From the human T2T-CHM13v2.0 reference genome, Homo sapiens, in NCBI RefSeq assembly GCF_009914755.1, contig NC_060928.1: a stretch of 64,000 bases of DNA. One strand, given 5' to 3'. The first letter of the stretch is position 1. Every line of letters starts with the position of its first letter. Position numbers and translations under genes: made by a program. The notes under the pieces are model-generated. The model saw only the letters and a program-made list of their open reading frames with translations. It did no database searches and was not told the origin of the DNA. Positions 1 to 15,419 of this stretch are shown here, one piece after another.

Positions 1-1259
1 AAATGGAAAAATTCCTGGAAATATACAACCCTCCTAGATTAAATCTGACAAAAAATAGAAATTCTGAACAGTCCAGTAAAATGTAACAAGATTGAAAGAG
101 CAATTAAACAATTGCCAACAAAAAAGTCCATTACCAGATGGACTCACAACCGAATTATATCAGACATTCAAAGAAGAATTGGTACCAGTTTTACTGAAAC
201 TATTAAAAAAGATAGATAAAGAGGTAATCTTCCCTAAATTCCTCCCTATATGAAGTCAGTATCACCCTAATACCAAAAGAAGGAAAGGACATAACAGCAA
301 CAACAACAACAAAAACTACAGAGTAATATCCCTGATGAACATAGATGCAAAAATCCTCAACAAAATACTGGCTAACTGAATCCAACAGCATTATGATCAA
401 GTTGGTTTCATACCAGGGATGCAGAAATGGCTTAACATAGGCAAGTCAATAAATGTGATACATCCCATAAACAGAATTAAAAAAAAATCATATGATCATC
501 TCAACAGGTGCAGAAAAAGCACTGGATAAAATTCTAGTACTCCTTTATGATAAAAGCCCTCAACAAAACAGGAATAGTGGAACTTACCTCAAAATAATAA
601 ATGCCATATATGGTAAATCCCACAGCCAACATCATACTAAATGGGGAAAAGTTGAAAGCTTTATCATTTTAAGTAAAATGTAACCATTATTTAGCTCCCT
701 GAGAACTAGAAAAAGACAAGGATGCCATTTTCATCACTTCTATTCAATATACTACTGGAAGACCTGGCCAGAGCAAACAGACAAGAGAAAAAACAAAGAG
801 CATCCAAACTGGAAAAAGAGGAAGTCAAACTGTCACTATTCACTGATGATATGAACTTATACCTAGAAAACCCTAAAGACTCATCCCAAAAGCTCCTATA
901 TCAGATAAACAAATTCAGTAAAGTCTCAGGATACAAAATCAATGTACACAAATCAGTAGCACTGCTATATACCAACAATGACCAAGTTGAGAATAAAATC
1001 AAGAACTGAGTCTCTTCTATAACAACTGAAAAAAAAATACTTAGGAATATACTTAACCAAGGAGGTGAAAGATCTCTAAAAGAAAAACTACAAAATACCA
1101 CTGAAAAAAAATCATAAATGACAGAAATGAATGGAAACACATCCTATGCCCATGAATGGGTAGAAACAATGTTGAGAAAATGACCATACTGCCAGAAGCA
1201 ATCTACAGATTGAATACAATTCCTATCAAAATACTAACATCATTCTTCAAAGAACTAGG
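1..1259 (+). mobile_element. L1 ORF2 (RT region) fragment, L1PB-like, decayed
   Basis: Translates to L1 ORF2 motifs ([33 protein letters not shown]); stops and frameshifts. Confidence 0.9.
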
Positions 1260-3490
1260 AATGATGTCAGAGTACGTGTAGCAGTAAGTTTTTGAAAACC
1301 ACTAAATTAACAGTGAGCACCTTTTAGATGATCAAGGCTTGAGAAAGAATAATTGAACTTTTGAGCTTAAGCCTCTTAGGTGGATTGTGCAATACCAGTA
1401 GAAGTACCAATTGAGCAGACTGCTATCTGGGTGGCCTCTCAGAAGCCTGAACTCAGACTGGCATGACTGATACCTAGGGTGGAAATGATTGGAAAGAGAT
1501 TAAGGATCCCTACAACTTAAGTGCTTGAATACCCAAAAGACAAAGCTAGAGAAGCTGAATGTTCTAGGTCCAAACATCAAACCAGGAAACGTCACTAGAA
1601 ATAATTCAGAAGCAGGACAAATGTAGAAATAAATTCTGAGGCAGAGAGGAAGGGAATAAAAAGAAGGGGCACCAAAGGGGAAGTCGGCACATCTACCACA
1701 CAGAGAACCTTACAATTGCCTGTGGGTTATTTGGTATATGGATAAATTGGTTTACTTCAGATGCTTAAAGTCATGATATAATTTGTGCAGTTTTGATAAA
1801 ACAGTATTACAAGGAAAGCACAGCCTTCCAAGATAGGCTTTGGTTGATTATTTTACATGGAAGAAAATCCAGAAAAATCCCTATTCAAAGTTAAAATGCA
1901 CATATAGATGTACATACACTCTGAAAATAAATATTATAAATTTTAAAAACAGATAATATGTTTTTGCTCTTCTAAGTGAGTGCATGTTTCTTTAAAAAAC
2001 TACACAGAAAAAAGACAGTAAAAGCACTTACACAGTTGATAGAAATTTTGGAAACTAATTCCCTCAAATGATGACTATATTACTGTAGCTAACTTTCAAA
2101 GAGTGACCTTGTTGAAGAAAATTGTCTTTTATTGCCATTATCATAATTACACAGTGGTAATATTTTGTAAATTTTAATTACAGTGATAAAAAATCCTTAT
2201 AATTGGGGTGATTTATTTTTTATTATTTGAATGCTATTAAGCTTTAACACTATTTCAAGTTTTTTATATACTGATATAAAATATTCCAAAATATCAGTAT
2301 AGCTTCTTTTAACTTTATTAGCTATTAAAATGTTTGAGAATTAATTATATAAAAGCTGTCAAAATGAAAATTCTTATGTTTTAAGAATGCGACATATTTC
2401 CTATTATTAAGACATATCTCAAATCTCTTTTCTGGAAAGAGTTTTGTGCACTTGAATCAGTGTACTGTTTTCTTTTCTTATTCAAATGCATATTTCTACA
2501 AAAGTGGTGTTAACACTTTATATATTAAGCAATTTTCACCAGAAAGCTGACAGAAGCATGAGACAACATATTATCTATTAAGATATTGATCTGTTAGAGA
2601 ATTCTAGATTGCTATTCCTAAAATATTTAACTGAATAGAACCTTTTTCACATACTATAAAGATGTTTACAATGATATACTTGGACTCTATTCAAATGTGA
2701 TATCACACACAGAGTTTCTGATCAATGTTTTTAAGGGGCAGTACCACACCATACAACCTATTAGTTATTATACCTTAAAAGTCTATACATGGTGCAAAAA
2801 AAATCAAAAAATCAAACGTTACTCTTTTGCCTCTGTGGTTGTCTTTCTTTTTTCCAATTTGTCTTTTAATTCTCTCATAATCACACCCATTCTGTACCGT
2901 AACACAAAGACTGTAGTATAGTCTGGCAGATCTCATTTGAATCTTTACTTTCTCCTACTTACCACAGGCAATGACATTGACACCACATTAAGAGTTTTTA
3001 CTCTTTGTGTGTTGGGTTTTTGTTTGTGTGTTGGGTTTTTGATTTGTTTGTCTCTTTATCCATTCCCAGTAGGCAGATTGAGTTGGAATATAATTAATGT
3101 CATAATATTTAACAACAGAGGGCAGTTTTAAATTGGTTCCTTAAAAGAGGGGTGCCTCACCCCCCCACCCCCCACACAATGCAGTGTTCCTAAAGAGCCG
3201 CCTTACTAAAGTCTCACAGAATTTAAGTAAGTCTCAACTGCGGGAGAAGAGTAAGCAATTGTACCCTGACTTACTTAAGCTTCTGATGCTGGTGGGCCAG
3301 TCATGTCTTCTGACAGGAAATAAAAAAAAAAAAAAGAAACCCAGAGACAGCCGAAGTGATACTTGTGTACTTACCTTGGACCTGACTGGCCATTTACCAT
3401 GAATGGAGGAACCTGGTCTTTACTACACGGCAGAGTTAGGTATGAATCTAATCCTAGTATCTGCAAGTGATAGCCCAGTAGATCTTGGAA

Positions 3491-3537
3491 ACACACATAT
3501 GCACACACATACACACACACACACAAACACACACACG
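3491..3537. repeat. imperfect (CA)n microsatellite
   Basis: Direct reading. Confidence 0.9.
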
Positions 3538-4344
3538 TATACTTACTTACTCTATGGTAAAGATGGTAAAACTGAGGTGATGGGGGTGGATAATCTCAAC
3601 TTGCATTATTAATCAATTATGATAAATATTGAAAGTAAAACTTTATGTTTAATATTCAATGAATTATTACACTAAAGGAAAGACAATGTGAGTGGTCTTT
3701 TATAAGCTTTTACAAATTGTACTTTTCTATTTATAGTTCACAATTTTGTAATGTCTTTTTCCTTCTTCTCAATTACTCATTACATCTACAGGTTCCTAGG
3801 CAAAGGCTGAAGTAGAACCCTGCATTCTCTCCCAGCCCTTCTCATCAACCTCCCATTGCATCTTACCAAGAGGAGCCCCATGTGCCTATGTTGAGCCTCT
3901 CCCTATATACTGCCTCCGCTACAAACAGATACAACTTTGGCCCTCCTCTAACCAAGAAAGAATTGAAAACATTTCACTAGCCTACTCTTGGGGAAAGAGA
4001 CAGTGGGGAAGAAGCCCATGTATGCTCTAGAACTGGAACTGGGTAATTATCCATCTAATTAGGAATTTCCAAGGTCCCATGCATCTGGAACATGATGTAT
4101 AGGTGGGGCTAGCTCTAATGGGGACATCTCTTTAGCCTCATGGATTTCACATCCCATGGAGAAGGACATTGCCACAGTGGGGGTCATAGTAGAGAATTTA
4201 AAACTCAAGTGCTACGTTTAAAGGCCATACTACTCATGCTGCAAGAAAGAAAAAATAACTTGTGTGTATGTGTGTGTGTTAAGTAGCAATAACTGCTTTA
4301 AAATAAAAATAGTAATCCAAAAGTGGTAGGTAATTCATCATTTT

Positions 4345-4760
4345 TGGCACAAGACTTTCCTAAAAACAGACCCTGAGACAAAAATTTTGGGCAAATAACT
4401 GATTAAATGATTGCACTTAGGAGAAATTGGTAAAGAAGCAGAAGAAGAAAGAAAGAGACCAACAATAATGTGACTTTAGGTGAAATCGTGCTCTTTGCCT
4501 AGTTGTATAGGGAGCTCTGGAGCATAAATTCCATCATAGATTTTGTTGTGCCTTGTGGCAGGGAGCTGGGATTTCATGACCCTTCACCAGTTAGCTTTTG
4601 GCAATGGGCTATCCTAGAGCCTAGCAGACACATACACCTCTTTAGGAAAAACTGCCATAGTAGTCCCAGCATAATTTCTTTTAGAATCTCCATAAAAGCT
4701 AGAAAATGGGCCTGTGAAGGAAGCCTGGAGATCTGGGAGGAGCATAGAACACAGCTCTAT
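4345..4760 (-). mobile_element. ancient ERVL LTR, LTR16-like
   Basis: cagaccctgagac...gggagctctggagc...agatctgggagg resemble the LTR16 reverse strand; heavily diverged. Confidence 0.45.
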
Positions 4761-4909
4761 AGAAGTGAAGCCAGGATGCAGTTGACAAATGAGATTACAG
4801 TAAAAAGATGAGGTTCAGATGAGATTTAAATGACTGTGTCCATCCTCATCACCATTGTCATCATTATTGTCATCAGACTTGGTGGAAGCAAATGAAGAAT
4901 TCTGAAAAA

Positions 4910-5735
<826 letters not shown>

Positions 5736-6167
5736 TTTTCTATGGCCCTTTACTTTTTAGATATATTTAGTCAAAAAAGAAAAGCAGCAGATAGGAGAGA
5801 AGTTTATACAAAACATAACACCAATTGTAGAATCTTCAATGACAGTTTAAAATGCCTTAGCAAGGTGAAAACAATATAATAAACACAGTATCTTCTGAAC
5901 TAATAAAATTGGAACTGAGAAAGCAAATTAATGCACAGTAATGAAATTAAAATGGGGCATACTTAAACTTAAAAATAGACTCTGCTCTTTTAGTACTAAA
6001 AACAATACTTATTTATAATTACTGCCTAATTCATGTGTCACCAATTTTAAGGCCATTTTTAATGTATTTCTATCCTTACGGGATATACACTTTTTTGGCG
6101 TCTATGGTCACTAAGTCCAGATCCTCCAAAGTCCATTCAAAAGAAATGAAGATTCCTTTGTTTAAAT

Positions 6168-8031
6168 TCTATTTTTAGTTTAGATTCAGGGAGTACATGT
6201 GCTTGTTTGTTATATGAGAGTATTACATGTGTAATAGTGGAGGCTGGGTTTCTAGTGTACTCATCACCCAGATATTGGACATTGTACCCAGAGGTGATTT
6301 TTCAACTCCCCTACCCTACACCCTTTAGAGTCCTGAGAGTCTATTTTCCTTATCTTTATGTCCATATGTACCCTTTGTTTAGTTCCACTTATAAGTGAGA
6401 ATATGTGATATTTGATTTTCTGCTTCTGTATTAGTTTACTTATAATAATGGCCCCCTGCTCCACCCATGTTTCTGAAAAGGATATGATTTTATTCTTTTT
6501 TATGGCTGCGTAGTGTTCCATCATGTATATATAACATATTTTCTTTATCCAATCAACTTTTTGCAGACACTTAGGTTGGTTCCATGAGTTTGCTATTGTG
6601 AATAGTGTAATAACATATGAATGCCGGTATCTTTTTAATATAACACCTTTTTTTTTTTTACCTTTGGATAGATACCCAGTAATGAAATTACTGGGTCAAA
6701 TGTATTAGTTCTATTTTTAGCTCTCAGAAATATCTCCATACTGTTTTCCATAGAGTTTGATCTAAGTTATATTCCCACTGACAGTGTATGATTGCTCTCT
6801 CTTCTCCACATCCATGTCAACATCTTGTTTTTTGACTTTTTAATAAAAACCATTCTGACTGGTGTAAGATGGTATCTCAGTGTGGTTTTAATTTGCATTT
6901 CTCTGATGATTCCTGATATTAAGTATTTTTTCAAATGTTTGTTGGTCACTTGTATTTCTTCTTTTGAGAAACGTCTGTTCATGTTCTTTGCCCAGTTTAT
7001 AGTGGTTTTTTGTTTGTTTGTTTGCTGAGTTGATTGAATTCTTTTTAAATTCTGGATATTAATCCTTGTCAGATACATAATTTGTAAATATTTTCTCCCA
7101 CTCTGTAGGATGATTATTGTGCCCTGCAGAAGCTTTTTACTTTAATTAAGTCCCATTTGTATATTTTTGGTTTTGTTGCAAACGTTGGAGGTCTTCATCA
7201 TAAATTCTGTGCTAGGCTAATATCCAGAAGAGTTTTTCCTAGGTTTTCTGCTAGGACATTTGCAGTTTTAGGTCTCATGTTTAGGTCTTTCATCCACCTT
7301 GGTTTAATTTTTGTATATGGTGAGAGATAGTGGTCCATTTTCATTCTTCTGCATATGGCTAGCCAGTTTTTCCAGCACTATTGGTTTAATAGACTGTCCT
7401 TCCCCCATTGTTTATTTTTCTTTACTTTACTGAAGATTGATTGGTTGTAGGTTTGTGGCTTTGGCTTTATCTCTGTGTTCTCTGTTGTGTTCACTTGATC
7501 GGTGTATCTATTTTTGTGCCAGTATCATACTGTTTTAGTTAGTTATAGCCTTATAAAGTAATTTGAAGTCAGGTAATGTGATGCCTGTAGATTTTTTTTT
7601 CCGTAGGAGTGCTCTGGCTAGTCAGGCATTTTGTTATTGTTCCATATGAACTTTAGGGTTGTCTTTCCTAACTTAGTGAAAAATGACATTGGTACTTTGA
7701 TAGGAATTGTGTTGAATCTGTGGATTGCTACAGGCAGTATGGTCATTGATTCTTCCATTTCATAAGCATGAGATATTTTTTCATTTATTTGTGTTGTCTA
7801 CAAGTACTTTTATTTGTATTTGGTAGTTGTCATTATAGAGATCTTTCATTGTCTTCTTTAACATATATTTCTAGATTAGTGTGTGTGTCTGTGTGGCTAT
7901 TGTAAATGAGATTGAGTTCTTAATTTGGTTCTCAGCTTAAATGTTATTGAGATATATAAATGCTATTGATTTATGTATTTTGATTTTGTATCTTGGAGAC
8001 TTTACTGAAGTCACTAATCAGGTCCAGGAGC
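6168..8031 (-). mobile_element. L1PB-like 3' UTR plus ORF2 3' part
   Basis: Minus-strand ORF2 C-terminal motifs (REMQIKTTLRYHLTPVRM) and L1 3' UTR. Confidence 0.9.
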
Positions 8032-8690
8032 TGAATTTCACCAGACATACAAATAAAAGCTGGTGCCAGTCTTACTGAAACTATTCCAAAAAATCAGGAA
8101 AGAGGGATCTCTCCCTAATTCATTCTATGAATGCTGTATTACCCTGATACCAAAATCAGGCAAGGACACAACAAAAAAGAAAATTCTAGTCCAATACCCC
8201 TAATGAACATAGATACAAAAATTCTCAGCAAAATACTAGTAAAGCAAATCCAAAAGCACATCAAAAAGATAATTCACCATAATCAAATAGGCTATATTCT
8301 AGGGATGCATGGATGGTTTAACATACATAAATCAATAAACATGATTCACCGAATAAAAATATCTAAGAACAAAAGAAAGATGCAGAAAAAGCATTTCCTA
8401 AAATCCAGCAAACTTTCATGATAAAAACCCTCAACAAACAAGGCATAGGTGGAGCATACCTGAAAATAATAGAAGCCATATATAAGAAACCCACAGTCGA
8501 CCTTATACTGAATGGGGAAAGTTGAAAGCAATTCCCCTGAGAACTGGAACAAGGCAAGGATGCCCATGTTCACCACTCTTATTTAACGTAAAACTATCTG
8601 GCAATAGAAAGAAATAAAAGTCATCTAAATTGGAAAAACAGAAGTCAAATTATCTCTGTTCACTGATGACAAGATCATATACCTAGAAAA
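8032..8690 (+). mobile_element. inverted 5' segment of the same L1 (ORF2 RT)
   Basis: [14 protein letters not shown] motif on the plus strand, abutting the minus-strand part. Confidence 0.85.
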
Positions 8691-9350
8691 ATATTTTTTT
8701 AAGAGGCAAATGTCTATTAACATCATATTAAGTACTGTGCTTAGCATCCAGATTCTATTTGCAGCCAGGGCATTGTAAAGATTATTTACCTGCTAAAATG
8801 TGTTTATACCAGATCCCATTAGAATCTCAACGGCCCATCAAGAATCCCCAGATTTCCATCATTATTTGCCTAAAGAATGAATGTACACATTGCACATATT
8901 GAGTATAAAACATTCCTAAGCAGTTTATGAGCAAAGTACTGCATTAATTTCAAGTTGACAGAATCTGAAAACATGATATTTCAACCACTTGTCATTTATT
9001 ATTCTCCACTCTAATGGCTCTGTCAAATGGTGATCTAGATGTTTTTTTTGAATCGATGTGGTCACAGGAGTTTTATCTACCTTTGTAGCAGAGCTTTCTT
9101 CTTAGGTATTATAAAGCTCTTTTTTTAGGGACATCTGGTATAATAGTAGAGACCCCATTACACATTGAAATACTATAAAACATTTAATAAGGTAAAAACA
9201 TCCATACTGGTACATTAAATGTATATTACGACTATGTAACAAAACACAATAAGGAACTGTACAAAACATATATCTAAGTCATCTGGTCACTATATCCTGA
9301 GTCAAATTTATGATTCAGGCTATGAATGAGCAACAAGGCTCGTTTAACAG

Positions 9351-9787
9351 CCGCCACCTTTTCACGTGCAGAAGTCTCCTAACGAGGAAAGCTGCATTGT
9401 CCCAGAATACAGGTTACAAGGGAAGAAGAGAGGATTGGAACAATATTACTTTTCCCTAATTTTCAGGCTTTATAATTTTCTGTACAAGCATAGGGAAGCC
9501 TGGAGGTCCTTTGCCAGGGAGAATAAGCTTAATGTTAAGCTATAAAGGAACATTTACATTAGAAAAGATAATGCAGGTGTCCTTATCACCCGCTTTATGA
9601 TGAAGCTCATGGCAACTGACAATTTGTAAATTTCAAATGCCAAGATTCTGCAGCTATCATTACCAGAGAAGGATTAACATATTTTATGGTACCAATTTTT
9701 TAAAAAATCAGTGGATGTCTCAAAATGCTCCAACCTGAAACAGATGGTTAGCCTCTGGGTCAATTACCCATGGCTGGGTTGGTGGAA
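9351..9787 (+). pseudogene. candidate decayed exon (unidentified)
   Basis: tttaacag acceptor, aa|gtgagg donor, one frame with only 3 TAA stops in about 145 codons; no homolog recognised. Confidence 0.2.
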
Positions 9788-9959
9788 GTGAGGATGAGTT
9801 CTGAGCACATGGCAGCCTGCATTCTGCAGCAGAATGGACCAAGGAGACATCACCTACCAAGCGGGATGAAATCACCGTTTCTCTCGGTTGAGTTAATGTC
9901 TCTTGAATTTTCTTTCTGCTCACATATTTGTTTGCTTATCAGTCTACCTCAAGCAACCA

Positions 9960-10500
9960 GAGTGAATCTTTAAAAAACATGTCAGAGCATGTGGATCCTC
10001 TGCTCAGAACTTTCCAAGGACACTCTCCCAAGCCACAGATTAAAGCCAAAGCCAAGGACTTTTTCAGCATCTACCACACCTTCACAATCTGGCTTCCTAT
10101 TCCCTCCAGACTTCCTTTCTCATGACTCTCCTTCACCACATTCTGTCCTGGTTGCACTTCCTCAAACAAACCAGGCAAGTCAAGGCCTTTCAAACTACCC
10201 TTATCTTTGCCTGTAATCCTGGAGCCTAGCTCCAGGTCTCTCCCTCAACTCAAATCATACCCTTTCATTGAGGCTTTCTCTGAGCCCATATTTAAAATTG
10301 TGAAAATCCCAAATATCTTACACTCCCTTATCCCTTATCACTTTATTTGTTTTCATAGCAATTAACACCTTCTTAAATGCCCTCAGATTTACTGAGAAGG
10401 CAGAATGTTTGTCTGTCTTGTTCACAGCTTTGTCTTTAGTGCCTAAAACAATGCCTGAAATATAATGACATTTCCTTAATAAATACTTGTGATTGAATAA
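9960..10500 (+). mobile_element. L2 3' end
   Basis: gtcttgttcacagc...gtgcctaaaacaatgcctg...aataaatacttgtgattgaat L2 tail. Confidence 0.7.
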
Positions 10501-10639
10501 AAGTTAACTAGTATTATGATAAAGGTCAGCTATGGACAGTTTAAATGATTGTTCTCCAAATCTCACTGTTAATAAGTCTTAAGGATAGGGTTCAGAAATA
10601 TATTCCTGTGAAGCCTGAAATTTTTTACTATTAAAAAAT

Positions 10640-10800
10640 TAGCATATGTGCCAAAGTTCACAAAGCTTTACGAATATTCATTCATTTTGCCCTCACAAAA
10701 AGCATGAGATGAAGTTACTCCTATTATCTCTACTTTAAAGAGTAGGAAAGCAATCACTAGACATTTAGTAACCTGACTAAGATCACAAGCTAATAAATAA
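10640..10800 (-). mobile_element. MIR
   Basis: Reverse MIR core (cctcacaa...ctattatctc...agtaacctgactaagatcacaagct). Confidence 0.6.
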
Positions 10801-10999
10801 TCTGTGCTCTGAACTAATTTCTATAAGATCATGTTAACATGACTTGTTTTTATAACTGTGATTTTATATTTTCTTTAGTATATATGCATGCTTTCAGACA
10901 TTTTATTTTTGAAATTCTAATAAGAACGTACGTATGCTTGGGCCAACTTCAATGTGGAGCGTGTGCAGCAGGGCTCCTTACCAGCCCCGTAACTCCTGT

Positions 11000-11860
<861 letters not shown>

Positions 11861-12529
11861 CCTGTACACCTTTGAACTGCCACATGACAGTTTTCTGTTT
11901 TGCTCTAGTTAATATATGACAGATCTCTTCACTAGAGCACCTTCACATACACACTAAAATATAATGATGTTATAAAATAATTGTAGGAGAATGGTTAAAT
12001 AGGTTAAGCCACATGCCTAAGCTATAATAGTAGATAGTAAAAAAATAGTTATTACAATTATTACCATGCTAAATGTTAGGTTATGAAAATTATTATAAAA
12101 AATTAAATAGATAATATAATCTTACATGCATACATGTAAAAAGACCACATTGTTATAAGAAAAAGTACTCCAAATATATATTATATATGGAAATTATATT
12201 ATAATGTAGCACAGTATTACATTATAGGGTTAATATAATTGATTTTGTTTATTCTATTTTACTTTTAGAGGAAAAATCACTTTTGTTTGTTCATTTATTT
12301 GATTCCTTTACTGTATTGAACACAAATATGCCTCCCTTTCGCATTTGTACTCTATCCCAGGACACACAGAAGATGAATGCTAATTATAAATGAGGCAAGT
12401 ATGTGTGTGTGTATAATTTCTCTCCCTTGGTCTTTACTTATCCAAACTAAATCAAAGTTGGTTTTACTTTTGTTTAACTGGTAGCCAAGAGATAAATACC
12501 TAAAGTTCCTTTCAAATAAAATTGCTGTA

Positions 12530-13288
12530 AAGTGGCCAACAAACATATGAAAAATATTCAACATCACTAATCATTGGAGAACTGCAAATCAGAACCAAAA
12601 TGAGATACTATCTCTCACCAGTCGCACTGACTACTATTAAAAAGTCAAAAAATAACAGATGTTGGTGGAGATACAGAGAAAAGAGAACACTTACATATTG
12701 CTGGTAGGAATGTAAATTAGTTCAGCCCCTGTGGAAAGCAGTTGGGAGATTTCTCAAGGAAGTAAAAATACAACTACCATTTGACACAACAATCCCATTA
12801 CTGAGTATATACCCAAAGGAAAATAAATTTTTCTATGGAAAAGACACTTGTATTCACATGTTTATCACAGCACTATTCACAATAGCAAAGACATGGAATC
12901 AACCTAGGTGCCCATCAACAGTCTATACACCATGGAATACTACACAGCCATATAAAAGAACGAAATCGTGTAGCAAGAGGGATGCAGCTGGAGGCCATTA
13001 TCTGCAGTGAGTAATGAAGAAACAGAATACCAAATATTTCATATTCTCACTTACAAGTGGGAGCTAAACATTGGATACACATGGACATAAAGATGGAAAA
13101 AGTAGACACTGGGGAATACTCGAGTGGATAGGGAGTGAGGGGAGACAGGGCTGAGAAAATTTCTACCATGTACTATGTTCACTATTTGATGATGGGATGA
13201 ATAGAAGCCTAAACTTGAGCATCACAAAATATACCCTTGTAATATACCTGCACACGTACCAACTGAATCTAAAATAAAATTAAAAGAA
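12530..13288 (+). mobile_element. L1PB-like 3' end
   Basis: ORF2 end plus 3' UTR ending ctgaatctaaaataaaa. Confidence 0.9.
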
Positions 13289-13290
13289 GT

Positions 13291-13622
13291 AGCCAGAAGC
13301 AATGGCTCATGTGTATAATCCCAACATTTTGAGAGCCTGAGGCAGGAGAATCCCTTAAGGCCAAGGGTTCAAAACCAGCCTGGGCAACATAGTAAGACCC
13401 CATCTTTACCAAGAAAAAAGAAAAAAAAGTGCTGGGCCTGGTGGCGTACACCTGTACTCCCAGTGACTTCAGAGCCTGAGGCAGTAAGATTGTTTGAGCC
13501 CAGAGGTGCAAGGCTGCAGTAAGCTGTGATCCCTAACCCTACTCCTAACAAACAGTAACCCCTAACCTTAGACAACTACAGTCTGGGCAACTGAGGAAGA
13601 CCCTGTGTCTAAAAAAATAAAA
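13291..13622 (+). mobile_element. AluJ with telomere-like insertion
   Basis: Diverged dimeric Alu with J diagnostics (ggctgcagt, gaccctgt). Confidence 0.9.
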
Positions 13623-14599
13623 TGTAAAAAACTCAAAAATTTTTTTATAGAGAGAAAAAAGAAAAAAGTAAAACTGTTGTAAAGTTTTGAAGGAGTGTGG
13701 ATAAATACCATATATCTAGAATTATGCAGGAGGTTAGTATACAGCTTTGAAAAACTTTTGAATTATTTTAAGTAGAATAGATCTGAGGCATTACTTTGTT
13801 TTGTACTGAATTGTGTACCTGTAGAAAGAGGCTTTAAACAGTTATGGTTAATAAAATGCCTTCTCCGTTATGTTATTACACGTAAGACATTTAATTACAT
13901 GACAGAATTATCAAGTCCCAGATTGAAAGAAGCATAAGGTCTACATACGGCCTATAAACCTTGAGGCCATTTTCCTCCCATTATAATTCTGGAGGAAATA
14001 GACACTAGTTAATCTGCTAAATTTTGTTCCCACAATTTCTATGTCTAAATCTCAGGTTAGAAGTAAATGTATTAAATTTACTTGTTCTAGGCTTATTTGG
14101 AAGTAACAGGAAGTTTGTGTTGTATTTTATGTTTAATTTTCCTATGATAAACTATTTTATGTTATAGATGACTAGTTAACTTCCTTTCTTAGCTTCTAAA
14201 CTGTCATCAAAAATTAGATGAGACCTTTGTGTTTTTGAGTATTAGGGAGAGAATACTTTCACTCTTTTATTTGTAATTGGTGAAAAACAAGTTTTTCTCA
14301 ATTTGCTTATTTAGATGTTACCCAAAAAATGCACACAAAAGATGATAAGAAACATAAATTTCTCATCTCTATTAGAATTAATCCACGTATAGTTTTGCCA
14401 AAACCTCAGCAGACACTCTGTGGCTATATGTGAAACCATCTTCTATGTGTCTGCTGCTTAAATCCAATCAGGAAAATGAGTAACCACCATTCCTTTAAAC
14501 TAGTTTACACAGTGGGTGGTCAAAATATCACCACATTCCCACTGCTCACCTCCAAGTTCAACTCCAGGAGTCTCTATATAGTAACATTAATGTCTGAAA

Positions 14600-15109
14600 T
14601 TGGATTGAGGGATTCCCGTATGCTGTCATCTAAAACCCATTATGATGGCTATAAAGCAATGGCCACTAAAATTGATAGAGGAAGATGAACTGAGAAAAGA
14701 GTTTAATAAGTGAAAAACAAGAGTTCTTGAGCTTAAAAGCAATTTTCACAGTAGGTCTTTGTATGCATCTGCACAGACATGAAACTCAACAGGAGAAAGT
14801 AGAAAGCCTACTATCTTTTCAGGGAATTATCTTTGAAAGAAAACCTACAGACTGGCTGGTCAATGTCTTTAAACAATTTATGAGACCCCACAAATGCACA
14901 AGAAGGAAGTGACCTGTGAAGAATGTGCAATCCCCAAAAAGGGCTTATTTTCCAACACCCTCCTGCCATATAGTCATGAAAAATTTCAGACGTTAAAGAA
15001 ATTCCAAGAAAACAAATTTATCAGTCAATGCAGGCAAGAAATGTTCACCAAGAGAGCAGAATCAAGGCCTTACACATGGATAAACACAGGATCATTATCA
15101 CCGGTGAAG
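14600..15109 (+). pseudogene. candidate decayed exon(s) (unidentified)
   Basis: Cluster of overlapping plus-strand ORFs in unique DNA; ends at gaag|gtaccc. Confidence 0.2.
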
Positions 15110-15419
15110 GTACCCCTCACTCTTCTTGTCTTGGCGTAGTTCCATCAGAACTCTGGACATGTGAAGGCTTTGTGTTTTTCATGTATGCCTCTCTGAATAG
15201 AAAACATTTTCTTTCACTGATTTTTTCACCGTATTTGTGCATTGTATATTGATACTTCATGGCAGACTTCTCTAGACCTGATGGACAGAACCAACTATAA
15301 GTCGCCCAGATATACTCAATTTTCAGCTGGATGAAGTTACTTGAAAAACTTTGATTGGTTCCCTCCAGGAAAGAGTTCTGTATGTGAGAGAAGAAACATG
15401 CATGTAGCCAAAGAAACAG

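Noticed and set aside
492-1009. RT-like ORFs (also 8131-8421 and 23013-23333)
   Set aside because: Broken L1 ORF2 fragments, not functional genes
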